DNA of 64,000 bases, taken from contig NW_027192198.1 of the NCBI RefSeq assembly GCF_041956535.1, forward strand, positions 442,714 through 506,713, written 5' to 3'. This document shows, piece after piece, positions 12,161 to 23,062 of this stretch. Source of the DNA: Calcarisporiella thermophila CBS 279.70 (Eukaryota; Fungi; Calcarisporiellomycota). A program made the translations under genes and the position numbers. The stretch's first letter is position 1. Every line of letters starts with the position of its first letter. The notes under the pieces were generated by a model. That model was given only the letters and a program-made list of their open reading frames with translations. It did no database searches and was not told the DNA's origin.

Positions 12161-12871
12161 TCAGCACAGTCGCAGTGGCAGAACTGGCCAGAGCACCGCA
12201 TCGCCTCCCCGGCAAAATCGCTCATACCCAGAATTAACCACTGCCTCGAGAGAAGCCACAGAGTGGAAAGCATCCCCATAAATTTCCCGATATTTTTCGA
12301 CATTATATGGCGAGACAACAAGAGCCGTAGAAGGGGGTTCGGTTAACTCGGGCTCGATATCCTTCACGTCCTCAGTATCATCCTCCTCTTCCCCTTCTTG
12401 TATGTTTTGATTTCGTTGCTCTGCCTCTCCTAATAATTTGAGTCTATTAATCGAATTATACAAAGTAATAAATGTAATAAGCAACCTACTCTGTCGCCTT
12501 CGTTCTTCTGAAAGTGCGAAAAATGCAATTGCTTCCTGTGTCATGACTAGCTCCGCCTCCTCTTCTTCCTCCACTTCCTCCTCTTCCAATATCTGTTCAT
12601 GTTCCCAATCTAGTACTTCTTCAGCTCCAGCCTCTTCTTCTTCCCAATCATCATTTTGCTCCTCCAAATATTCTTCTTCGTAATATTCCTCCTCGTAGTA
12701 TTCTTCATCGATCACGTTTTCCTCGTATAAATTTTCACGACGAAGATTTAAGCCCAGCATGTGAGGATGCAGGAAAGAAGTGAAGATCTGCCGGCATTGA
12801 TCATTAAAATGAGCATCATGAAATGCAGAGAAGCTGAGAGTGTTTGGTGGGGGTCTATAATGCGGGAACAT
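12161..12871 (-). CDS. Gemin8-like SMN-complex component
   Basis: Acidic region, MTQEAIAFFALSEERRRQ, and C-terminus IYGDAFHSVASLEAVVNSGYERFC...LWPVLPLRL resemble the Gemin8 C-terminus as I recall it (LYG...IQAMEAA.Q..FD..CD...YWPVIPLK). Probable in-frame 60-nt intron 12430-12489. Confidence 0.72.
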   Translation of the reverse strand: MFPHYRPPPNTLSFSAFHDAHFNDQCRQIFTSFLHPHMLGLNLRRENLYEENVIDEEYYEEEYYEEEYLEEQNDDWEEEEAGAEEVLDWEHEQILEEEEVEEEEEAELVMTQEAIAFFALSEERRRQSRLLITFITLYNSINRLKLLGEAEQRNQNIQEGEEEDDTEDVKDIEPELTEPPSTALVVSPYNVEKYREIYGDAFHSVASLEAVVNSGYERFCRGGDAVLWPVLPLRLC

Positions 12872-13209
12872 CGAGAGGGGAGTTATGTTCAATTTCTAAT
12901 TTTGTTACGATATAATTCGTAGCATTCAGAAAGTTTAAGATTCTAAAGACAGATTTCTATCATTCTATCATTAAAGGACATTTAAAGGAATTCTAATTTT
13001 ACTGTCACCAAAAAATAGCTCACAAGACTGATATAAAAATCTTTTGTAATCTATCTCGATATCATCACATTAAGCTTTAAAAGTATCTGAAATAGCTTCT
13101 AAAATTTAGGCCAAAAGCAGCATTTTTTCCATTTGAGCATAGGGTATATGAAAAAAGTATGTTGAATATTTTATTTCATTAGAACACGATATTCGCCAAA
13201 TAATCGAGA

Positions 13210-13929
13210 TTACTTGAGCGGAATGAAGCGAGAGCTGTGGGTGGCACCTACGGTGAAAGAAGAGCAATTGGCAATCAGAATAGTTCAATACTTGTGGTCA
13301 AGAAAACCATTTCACTTACCAATACCAGGGCGACCGTGCTTGACAGGCTTGTAGGTGATGGAGAATTCGGCAAGGTAGTGACCAACCATCTCAGGCTTGA
13401 TTTCCACTTGATTGAAGGTCTTTCCGTTGTAGATACCAACTACGGAGCCGATCATCTCGGGAACGATAATCATGTTACGCAGATGGGTCTTGACAACAGC
13501 GGGCTTCTCGTTGGGGAGAGCCTCCTTTTTAGCCTTGCGCAGCTTCTTGATAAGACCCATGGGCTTGCGCTTCAAACCGCGCTGGAAGCGACGGCGAGCA
13601 CGAGCGTGCACGAGATCCATGAGCTGCTCACTTGAGAGATCAAGGAGCTGGTCGAGGTCAACGCCACGGTAGGAGAACTTGCGGAATGTTCTCTTCTTCT
13701 TGAGCTCTGCGGCGTGCTGAGCGTCGTATTCGTCAGCCTATGGCAGAAAATGGATATCTTAGTAACTGCAGGAATCGGATGATAATCAAAGAATTTCCTC
13801 CGCATCTCATTCCATCTCGTTGAAAATCAAAAACATAATAAAAACAATCATCCACTGCTTATCATCCATCCAAGATCATCTCGCATCCGCCATAACATTC
13901 TCTGTATTAACCCATTCTATACATACCAT
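13210..13929 (-). CDS. RPS15: 40S ribosomal protein S15 (uS19)
   Basis: [17 protein letters not shown]...[59 protein letters not shown]...SSRFIPLK; first coding exon is ATG only. Confidence 0.98.
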
Positions 13930-14135
13930 GATGGATTGATTAAAAGAGGAAGAACAGAGCAATCGCACACTCAATGTTCTTTTCTTCTCCTCAATTTTAC
14001 CATCAGAATGATTTCAGACTTGAACAGTCACTTAAGACTAAAAAAAATGCGAACTATATGCAAAGTCCCGTTCTCCTTTACCCCGTTTCTCGTCTGTTTT
14101 TTTTTATCCGTCAATTTCTCTTCATTTCAATTCTA

Positions 14136-16082
14136 ATGCCAGATTCAAAATCAAAAGCCAAGGAGAAAAAAGGGGCCAATGTTCTAGTAAATTCGAACTC
14201 AATTGTTCTAGGCTCCACTGCCACTGTTATTATCTTCGTCATTACAGCCGCAGTACTGGCTAATTTATGGCGCGTCGGACCGCTCTACATGGAACCCATC
14301 TACGGCAATGTCTTCGCTTGGCGACATTTTGAAAGTTTCTTTTTCACTTCCTGTATCATGGGAGCTGTCACTGGTCTTTCCCTTGGTGCAAAGCAACGCA
14401 AAGCCTCGAAACGCACTTTGACATATGCGTTTGATTTAGCGGCTTGTATTCTTGCGATATCACCTCTGACGGTTCATCGGATGTTTGCGGAGAGTGGTCT
14501 TCTAGGTCCATGGTGGGGACCACACGTTACTCAGCTGTTTCTCTCTTATTCCACTGCTTTTCTCCTGACGCTGGGAGCATTTTCACTTCCTATACTTCGG
14601 AACCTTGGTGCCGTTGTTCCTGCAGCGCTTGCTTGGTGGTTAGTCCAGAACCTCAACATCGTTGGAATGACTTGTACGCGCATTGTAGCCTCGGCAGCGG
14701 GTTTGGGTTTATTAACATTCAATATCAAGTTTGCCGCAATCCGAAGAGACGCTCCTAGGAAGGTGACATATTATATGCGAGTGTGCCTTTCGTTTATACC
14801 GCACGTTATAGTGTTATCAGGCGTGTTGTATAGCTCGCTAAAGTTCCCACAGTGCCAGGTTGGAGTCACAAAGGTACTGTATTAGATGCTATGTCTATGC
14901 TTAATTTTTTATACCCAATGTTGATTTGCTCCTTCTAGGAACATAACCCTGCAGGCTCACCATACGACGTCCTCTATCGCAACGAATCGCTGACGGGCTG
15001 GCTCACTGTTGTCGATGAGCTGGAACCAAGGAATATTCGAGTAATGCGGAGTGGTCACTCACTTATCGGGGGGATGTACCGAGACACAATGGACTCGGTT
15101 TATGGCTGCTTTTATTTCTTGGAAGGTTCGAGTTAAACTTTTACAATTGTTTTTTTTAAACGAATTTTTGGTGATTAATCTGCATCACTGAATACTATCT
15201 TTAGCGGTACGTCTGGTGGAAAACAGGAAGATAAGCGATAAAGAAACTGCACTTCAAATGTGAGTTGGCCCTCCTTGTTCTAGGGTGTTTTGTTCCTGTT
15301 GCGGTAGATTGATACCAATTTTTTTTTATTTTTACATTCGTTAGAGGACTTGGCATTGGTATCGCTTCCAAAGGATTGATAGAGCAAGACGTCGAAGTCG
15401 ACGTCGTCGAAATTGATGCTGCAGTGTATGATGCTGCCCGCCGCTATTTTGAATTTCCTGAGCCTCGTGCGGCTTATATTGAGGATGGGCGCAAATTTAT
15501 TGAAAGAACCCCGAATCAAACCTATGATTATGTGCTACATGATGTTTTCACGGGAGGCTCAGTGCCGGCGAGTCTTTTCTCAGTTGAAGCACTGCAAGAG
15601 ATGAAGCGAACCTTGAAGGAGGATGGAGTATTAGCCTTGGTAGGCACAAAAGTCCATCGATGCTGATTGCTAAAGCAGTTAACACTTACATTTATTAATA
15701 GAACTTTGTAGGGTTCGAGTCTTCAACCAAGATAACTGGGCTCCAACTCGTTGCCAACACAATTAAGCACGTATTCGAGCATGTTCTCTGTTTCAGAGAA
15801 GGGCCATCCCAAGGGGAGGACCAGGTGCAAAACATGGTGTTTTTTGCCTCTAGAAAACCCATCTCATTCCGTTCACCGACATATGATGACTTTCTTGAGA
15901 GCGGCATGCGCCAACACATGCTCACCGAATTCAAGAATTGGGCCGTTGATATCAAATTTAATACGAGTCAAGTCATAACTGATCGTGATAATCCCCTGCC
16001 GGCATTGCAACTTGGATCAGCATACGAGCACTGGCGTGTGATGCGGGAGAATTTCCCAATTAGTTTCTGGCTGAACTATTAA
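14136..16082 (+). CDS. Multi-pass membrane protein fused to a spermidine-synthase-like class I SAM-binding domain
   Basis: N-terminal multi-TM region, then ESLTGWLTVV...RVMRSGHSLIGG, IGLGIG, DVVEIDAAV, EDGRKFI, YDYVLHDVFTGGSVP, LTD-like ITDRDNPL. Confidence 0.85.
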
Positions 16083-16307
16083 AATTTGTCTGATTTTTTG
16101 GTTTATTCGTTGTTTTTTCTCGCTTTCCTTTTTGTAATATGGGGTGGTTGAAAGACTGGCGCTTCAACGGCCATTGCTCTTGCGTTTCGAGTTTAAACAC
16201 TGTGTGATATTATATAATCAATTTTATTCATGGTTCCGGAGACATTACTCCCAATTGAAAGTAAACACGAATCGCATAGGTATAGAGAAATGGGCTCCCC
16301 TTACCCT

Positions 16308-19230
16308 TTACGACATTTCTCTTTCAAGGCAAGTTTTCAGCGTCTCTTCAATTCTGCGCAGCTGTGCACTAGGTGTTATCTGGGATGCCATCAAGTATAC
16401 TACATTTCCTAGTGGTCGTGCGAACACCGCAAGCTGATCTTCTGCGGGGTTGCGGAGTGCCTGGACGATGGATTTGGATGCGGTCGATGCATAGCCTATT
16501 CCCTGTGAGCTATGTTTGGGCTTTAGAGTCAGAGCTAAGACAGAGCCGAGGGCCACGACCCCATCGACTATGGGCATATGAGAGACTTGATGAACAAACT
16601 AAAAATGTAAAAAAAAAAAAAATGTCAGGAGTGAATGAGGATTTGAGAATCCAAGTATTCATCTAATACAAACCTTTTTGTCCCACATTGACCAAGCACC
16701 TCCACCAACGCGCTTGCTCTCTTCCACATCTCTTAGCCATTCTCCTTTCTGCTCTCCCCATGAAATCCCACTCTTCTCAACAAAAATATTCTCTAACTCT
16801 TGGACGCTGGTGCGGGCCACCTCACAACCGACAGGATGAGCCGTATAAGAATGCCCGTGCAAGAGTGCGTCTTGCTTGGCACTGCTCAGGAAAGGCTCGA
16901 AAATTGAAGCGCGGGAAAGGGTAGTTGCCAGAGGAACAAGTCCGCCAGTGAGAAGTTTAGCATAGGAAGCGATATCAGGTTGCTGAAATTAAAAAAAATA
17001 CATATACACATGTTTTACAAATATTTCTGGTTCAAGCCACTATTCCACAGGACAAACCTCTCCTAAAAGATCTGCACCTGAGCGCGCTCCTAGTCTCCAA
17101 AAGCCCGTAAACACTTCATCAAACACCACCGGCAATCCACGCCAGTCATTTCTATCGGAATAATCTCTCTCCAAGGAACTCCAGCCGTCCCAGTTTCTTA
17201 CCACATTTATCAAACAACGTTGGAAGAGGGGATCCACAAGTAGCATCCCACCTGCACCCATCATCACCGGCTCAAGCAAAAGCGCACCGAACTTGCGACC
17301 TTGCCTTTTCACCACCTCTTCCAGGGTGGAGGAGATATGGCGAGTATAGAGTTGCGAGAGCTCACTGCTACTTCGGTCTTCGAATAGAGAGCCAAGAGAA
17401 GAGAGGGTATGAATCTGGGGTCCATCTCCAGATATTTCTTTAGGCACCACAATCTGACACACTCCGTTTTTCAAGCTTGCTAGCGGAGGATTAAACCAGT
17501 GCCCTCGACCGCGGTACCAGTTCACCTGCTCATTATAAACGTTGGGCGCACAACCATCCATCGCACCAATAGTGTCTCCGTGGTAGCTTCCATCCAACCC
17601 TAATATCTCTACGGGCTCATTCTTGTGCAACCCATGCCGGTGGGTAACCGCCTTAAATGCCATCTTCAGTCCAACTTCCATCGCTGTGCTACCGTTGTCA
17701 GAATAGAAAACACGAGATGCCCATTGCGAGCCAACGGTGTCAAGCAGGAGTTCGGCCAGCCCAAGAGCTGGTTCGTGCGTAGCCTCGGGAAAGATTACAT
17801 GACCATAGCGTCCTGCTGCATAGGCACCGGCAAGAGAAAGCGAAGGTGACCCGTGGCCAAGACCTTGAAAGAGATTCATTATAAAAATAAATCCAAAGCC
17901 AAAATTATGCAAAGGTAATATTAGTATCTATACATTACCTTGCGTCCACCAGCTAGCACACCCATCAAAAATTTCTATCGTTGAGCCACCATTTCCCTCA
18001 TCAGATTTTCCTTCTACATGCGACTCTGGAGCCTGTGAGCCCTTGTTTTCAAAGGCTGTAAATTCATCCTTGTATGCTGAATCGATTACGAAAGTTCGAT
18101 CAATGTTAGCATGCTGCGTAAATGGCCACCAAATGATCTCCCGCGTCCGCTTGTCCATGCTTTGCAATCTCTTGATTCTCGCCCCTTCCCGCTCTTCAAG
18201 ATAGTTTACCACATCTTGGAAGACGGGCTCGGTCGATAAATAATAAGCCTCCATGTTCACTCTATCCTGATCAGGAGAAGGGGAAAGCTCGGGGGGAGAG
18301 GGGAGTGAGACAACCCGTAAAGATGGGGGCAGGTAGCGTTCCAGGAACTGGTTGTTTTGATGTATAGAATCGGGAGGAGAGAATAAAAGAATAGTGGAGA
18401 TATCATAACCACGAAGACGAAGGGACTCGTAAGAAGTGATTGTGGTGGAAATGCCACCCAAGCGACCGTCGCCTACCATAACAGTAGGTAGACGGAAGGG
18501 ACGGTAGAAATCAGATTGTAATGTGCCTTAAATAAGAAGTAATGCGGGTCGAATTGAGTATCAGGTTAGCCAACTTTTTGATATGCCTTTATACCTGACA
18601 TTACGGGACTATGAACACCTACAAATAGCTTACTTCAGATATTGTGTTTAAACGAGACTATATTCTATAGCCATTACCTCCTGAGCCCTCTATGAACATA
18701 TACGTCAGCTTATCCGCAGAAGCTGCTCGGCATTCTTCTATGTATTTTCGGATGTCGCTGAGAACCTGTTCATCACTAGGTGGCTTTTGAACAGATTAAA
18801 ATGGATAATTGATTCAGTAAAATCCGAGAAATGCCACATGGAGTGTCTAGACTTTGTGTAGACTAGTTACCTGGGTGGTTGCTCTATGCGGACTAACTGG
18901 TTCTGGATATGTGTATAAGGTTTTTGCAACTGTTCTCGGGGCAAACTTGGTAACCATACTACTCACATGTAAAAAAGGAGTAGCAAGTGTTCAGGAGCCA
19001 AATCTATGTCTAGTTATAACCACGTTAGTAATTTACCTAGCATCACAGTCCGTAGGATATCCCGTCTGAATTGGTTTAAGGTAATAAACATTGGACCGGC
19101 CAGCATCTTTGGCATTCAAAATAGCCCTGTGGCCGCTTGAAGCAGCAGCTCGGCACAAGCCTGCAGAAGCAATCGTCTTTCCGACGTTAGTGTTAGCTGC
19201 AAAGATCTGAAAGGCGCGGAATGTTCCCAT
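16308..19230 (-). CDS. bioDA: Bifunctional dethiobiotin synthetase / 7,8-diaminopelargonate aminotransferase (BioDA)
   Basis: N-terminal FAANTNVGKT, YLKPIQTGYP, GGVHSP, LVGDGRLGGISTT (BioD); then IWWPFTQH, DGCASWWTQGLGHG, FYSDNGSTAMEV, SYHGDTIG, FDEVFTGF, HGHSYTAHPVGC, RPLGNVVY (BioA). Confidence 0.96.
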
Positions 19231-19695
19231 GGGTTAACTCGTGGAGATGAACTGGACCACCAGATTTAAGTCGACTGAATGATTTGCTCCTCGATATATA
19301 TATATGTACCGAATAAATCACGTAACAGGTCGGAGTGTATTTTTCGGCCTGTATGCACAACTCGACTGATGGATTAGGTTTATTACACCCCAACAATTGA
19401 ATTCTAATAAGGAAGTGGTTGTATATTTTTCATCCCGTATAGTTCTCGTCAAGCAACCTTTAACGTAATTGTTAAATCTTTATACCAGAGCTGAAGCTTC
19501 ATGTTATGACACGCACTCTAGATACCGTGGTATAATGCTGTGCTTTTCTATTCATAGCTTAACATTACGTGATTTGACACGGGTAGAGGCAGGGAGTCAA
19601 GCTGAAATCGGATCCACATATACTATAGCTGTAAGATAAATGTGTAAAGATCCTTTTACTGCACAATTGGTTCGTATCAAGAATTTCGATTAGAC

Positions 19696-19752
19696 TAGCA
19701 AGAGACTATGAAGGAGCATGTTCCTATCATGTTTTTCCATAGTCTCTTGCTA
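19696..19752. repeat. Inverted repeat / 57-nt hairpin
   Basis: TAGCAAGAGACTATG (19696-19710) is the exact reverse complement of CATAGTCTCTTGCTA (19738-19752). The inner arm pairs further, with 3 G-U pairs and one mismatch, around a 7-nt loop. Confidence 0.9.
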
Positions 19753-20009
19753 ATCTCTTCATATCCATATAATGCAACTATCAATACAATCTGTATGAAT
19801 ACTCTCTACTCGTCTCTTTCACCTTACCTAGTTTAATTACACTGACCTTCCCGGATCGATCGTAAGGCGAAAACCTAATTACGCAGATATGCAATTTTTA
19901 GCATTTGGCCCAGATTTGTGGCTATGACTAGTTTCAGATTTCTACTGAAAGTAGTCGTGTAACTCTTCATTTCTCTTGGACATTTAATCAAAATCTCTCT
20001 CTCGAAAAA

Positions 20010-21278
20010 ATGTCAGATCGGTATCGTAGCTCAAAAAGAGAACATGATTCTGATAGCGACAAGGAGCAAAGACATAGATCGTCGCGCAAGGAAAAAAAAC
20101 ATAAGAGCCACCGACATCACAAAAGTGACAATAGTGAAACCGATGAGGAAGTAAAAAACGCGAGAAAATTGATTAAGCGTACTCATTTCATTCCACCTTA
20201 TCCGGTTCCTAATAGACGAGCATTAATTCAAATATTTTAACTAATAGCCCTCACGGAGGAAAATTACTTCGACAAGAGCTCGGAGTTTCGTGTGTGGCTT
20301 GTCGAAGAGAAGGGAAAGCATTTTAATGATCTTTCTTCGGAAGACACTCGCAAATACTTTAAGAAATTTGTTCGAGCATGGAACAAATATAAACTCGACA
20401 GTAAGTCATTCATATTAGGGCTCTAATTCCATCTTGCACATTTCTCATGGTCATCTAAATCTCGATGCTATATAGAAAAATATTACGTCGGTATCTCCTC
20501 CACTCAGCTCCCTGTTAGTGCAACTACGAGTTATAAGTGGAAATTCGCAAAAAACATCAATCAAGATGAGCTGGATCAGATTCGGGACTCCGTTGACACG
20601 ATGACAAACAGCTCCAAAGTCAAACTTGGCGATGCTAAATTGAGAGAAAAGGATATCTCGCTGTCATCAAAACCCGTTATTGGACCTTCTTTACCTGCGG
20701 GAAACATTGGCCCGCATCGCCCTTATGGTTAGCCTCCTCTATTCCATGTCTATCCCTCATTTTCTTCAAGATTGTTTATATCTGCTAATAATTAGACTCG
20801 GATGAAGAGGAGGAGCGGCGAGCACAGGAACGCGCTCGTAAGAAAAAGGATTTCAAGGAGATGAAAGAGCTATATGATGAGCTGATTGACAAGCCGACGG
20901 GTCGCGAGGCGATGATAGAGAAAAAGCGAGCTCGCAATGCCTATTATAAACAATTTCGTGAAAAAGATGTGGACGTGGAGCTTGATGACAGAGAGTTGAT
21001 GGGGGGTGGAGATGATTTCCAGTCAGCGTATGCCATTCTTTTCCACTTTAGAGTACTTTATTCGTGATACCTAACTAAACTTACCTATCTTCTTTAGATT
21101 GGCCGCTAAAAGGCGGGCTGAGCAGGCAAGACAAGGACGCCGTGAAAGATTCAAGGATGAGAAAGTCCAATCAATGAGCGAGAAGCTTTCCAACTTCCAG
21201 GCTAAAGAGGCTGCGACAATGGAAATGTTCAAACGTATGGCTGAGGAGAGGAAACGACGAGAGCAAGGCGGTGGTTAA
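20010..21278 (+). CDS. Style cell-cycle inhibitor 1 (SCI1)-like nuclear protein with coiled-coil C-terminus
   Basis: Basic/Ser-rich N-terminus, LTEENYFDKSSEFRVWLVEEKGKHFNDLSSEDTRKYFKKFVRAWN, later PTGREAMIEKKR, ELMGGGDDFQS, MEMFKRMAEER. Confidence 0.78.
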
Positions 21279-21731
21279 TAGCTTCACCTAGTCTAGTCCC
21301 TCAACACAATTTTGTACAGGATATGCTAGATACCTTCAGTTTTTTCATTCATATATTTATACAGCTTAAAATGACGCTTTACATATTGGACTACCGCATG
21401 GTTGCGTAATCTCTAAAAGATACTTGCCACGCTTTCATTCTCCCTCTAATCATAATAGGAAAAAGAGAAAATGTCCCATAACACTTTGATCCTCGAGGTT
21501 TCTTTCGTATTATTCTTTGTTTGGTTTTCAGTTTTATTTTTGGAAGTGGAGCGAAACATGCTTTAAACGTGTTGGAGATTGGGGTTGGGATCAATGGCAG
21601 GTGGATAAAATTGACATCGCGGAAAAGTTAGTTCAATGCGAGAAGTTAGTTTAATGCATTCAAAAAAGAGCCCCAACCCATTCTCCATTCGAGGATCAAT
21701 ACTGGCTCGATCGACTACCCATGTTCACACT

Positions 21732-22825
21732 TCAAGCAATTCTGCGTGCAAGAAACGAATTTACAGGTCTCCCATCCTCTATAGATTCAACCACGTCCTC
21801 CACAACCTCCATGCGGACTCCTTCAATATTTTCATACATGGCTCTTAATTCGCCCAGCTGTAGGCGGAGCGGGCCATCCTGGGGTTTATGGTATACATGA
21901 ACTCCGTCAGTGACGAACTGCGACACGAGGAGATAGCCTCCAGGGCGTAGCAGATATGGAAGTTGCGGGAGGAGCGCACGAGCAAGGAAACGTACCATAA
22001 GTATGAGGTCATACGTCTCCTGTTTCCAAAACTCTGGTTCATGATTGGCATGGGGTGCTGCCTCGGCTCCATTCCGATGACTATTTCGCTCCCCAAATTT
22101 CCATTTTCCGTCCGACATAATCTTGGCCTCCCATGTTTCCAACTGGCTCTCTCTTCCTATCCCCCGCGCCAGCATTTCTGCTCTCTCCAAGGCGCCACTC
22201 CAACAATCTACTCCCGTTGCAGCCCATCTTCCTCTCCCCAGCAACCAGGCCAAATCCCGTCCACTACCGCATCCCAAATCTAGACACCTTAGCACATCCC
22301 GCTCTTCCAGCGCTTTCTCGATGCTGGGTGCATGCCGCACAAGAAAGGGGCAAGCAGAGAAGAGAAACCAAGGTTTCGGAGGAAACTCTACCGAATTGAG
22401 CGTGTCAGAATTAGATACCGGGACACCAGCTTGCTCGCAAGCTTGCCAGAATTCCTTAACATCGCGGAATTTCCAATGTGCTTGCCATCCCTTCTCGAGT
22501 AGCCAGCCGGTCGATTCTCCCTCAGTCGTATCCAAAATCCCCATGGGCACATGCTTGGAGGGCAATTCATACCATCTTTCACCTAATTCTGCGGCCGGGA
22601 TATTGGTGGAGGGTACAATGTGACGATTCGCGTATGCATCTCGAGGCCGAAGATCGAGGAGGAGATGGCGCGATGGGGATTGGAGAAAATCCTGTAAATT
22701 GCGGAGTATTTGACGCATAGGCGCGTCTTCTTCTGGTGATACTGAGAGAGACCCTGGGTTGGGTATCATCCAAGGAGTCAAGTTCTAGACGGTTGCTTCG
22801 GGATTCAGAACTCACATTGATACAT
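21732..22825 (-). CDS. Rhodanese-like domain fused to a class I SAM-dependent methyltransferase (TehB/TPMT-like)
   Basis: LLLDLRPRDAYANRHIVPSTNIP...ELP (rhodanese N-terminal motif); CLDLGCGSGRDLAWL, YDLILMVRFL, LLRPGGYLL (MTase). Inferred first exon ATGTATCAAT with a gtgagt intron gives MYQWSLSVSPEED. Confidence 0.85.
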
Positions 22826-23062
22826 TGGACACTTTTTTTCAAGAGATCTTTGTTTGCAGTCACGTATTTATATGGAAATTCTATTGTATGAGTTCAAAGG
22901 TGATGTTAGCTCCTCCCCATTATTTAGGAAGCAACATCACATAGAGCCTCTAAGATTCTGAATAAATTATACGAAACGAAAGAGGGGGCAAATACATAAA
23001 TAGAGATTTTAACTGAAGAGAAAAATAACACAATACTGAAGAATGCGAATATTAAACATACA

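Noticed and set aside
16308-19230. BioD-BioA fusion as a novelty
   Set aside because: The fused bioDA/BIO3-BIO1 gene is established in filamentous fungi and plants.
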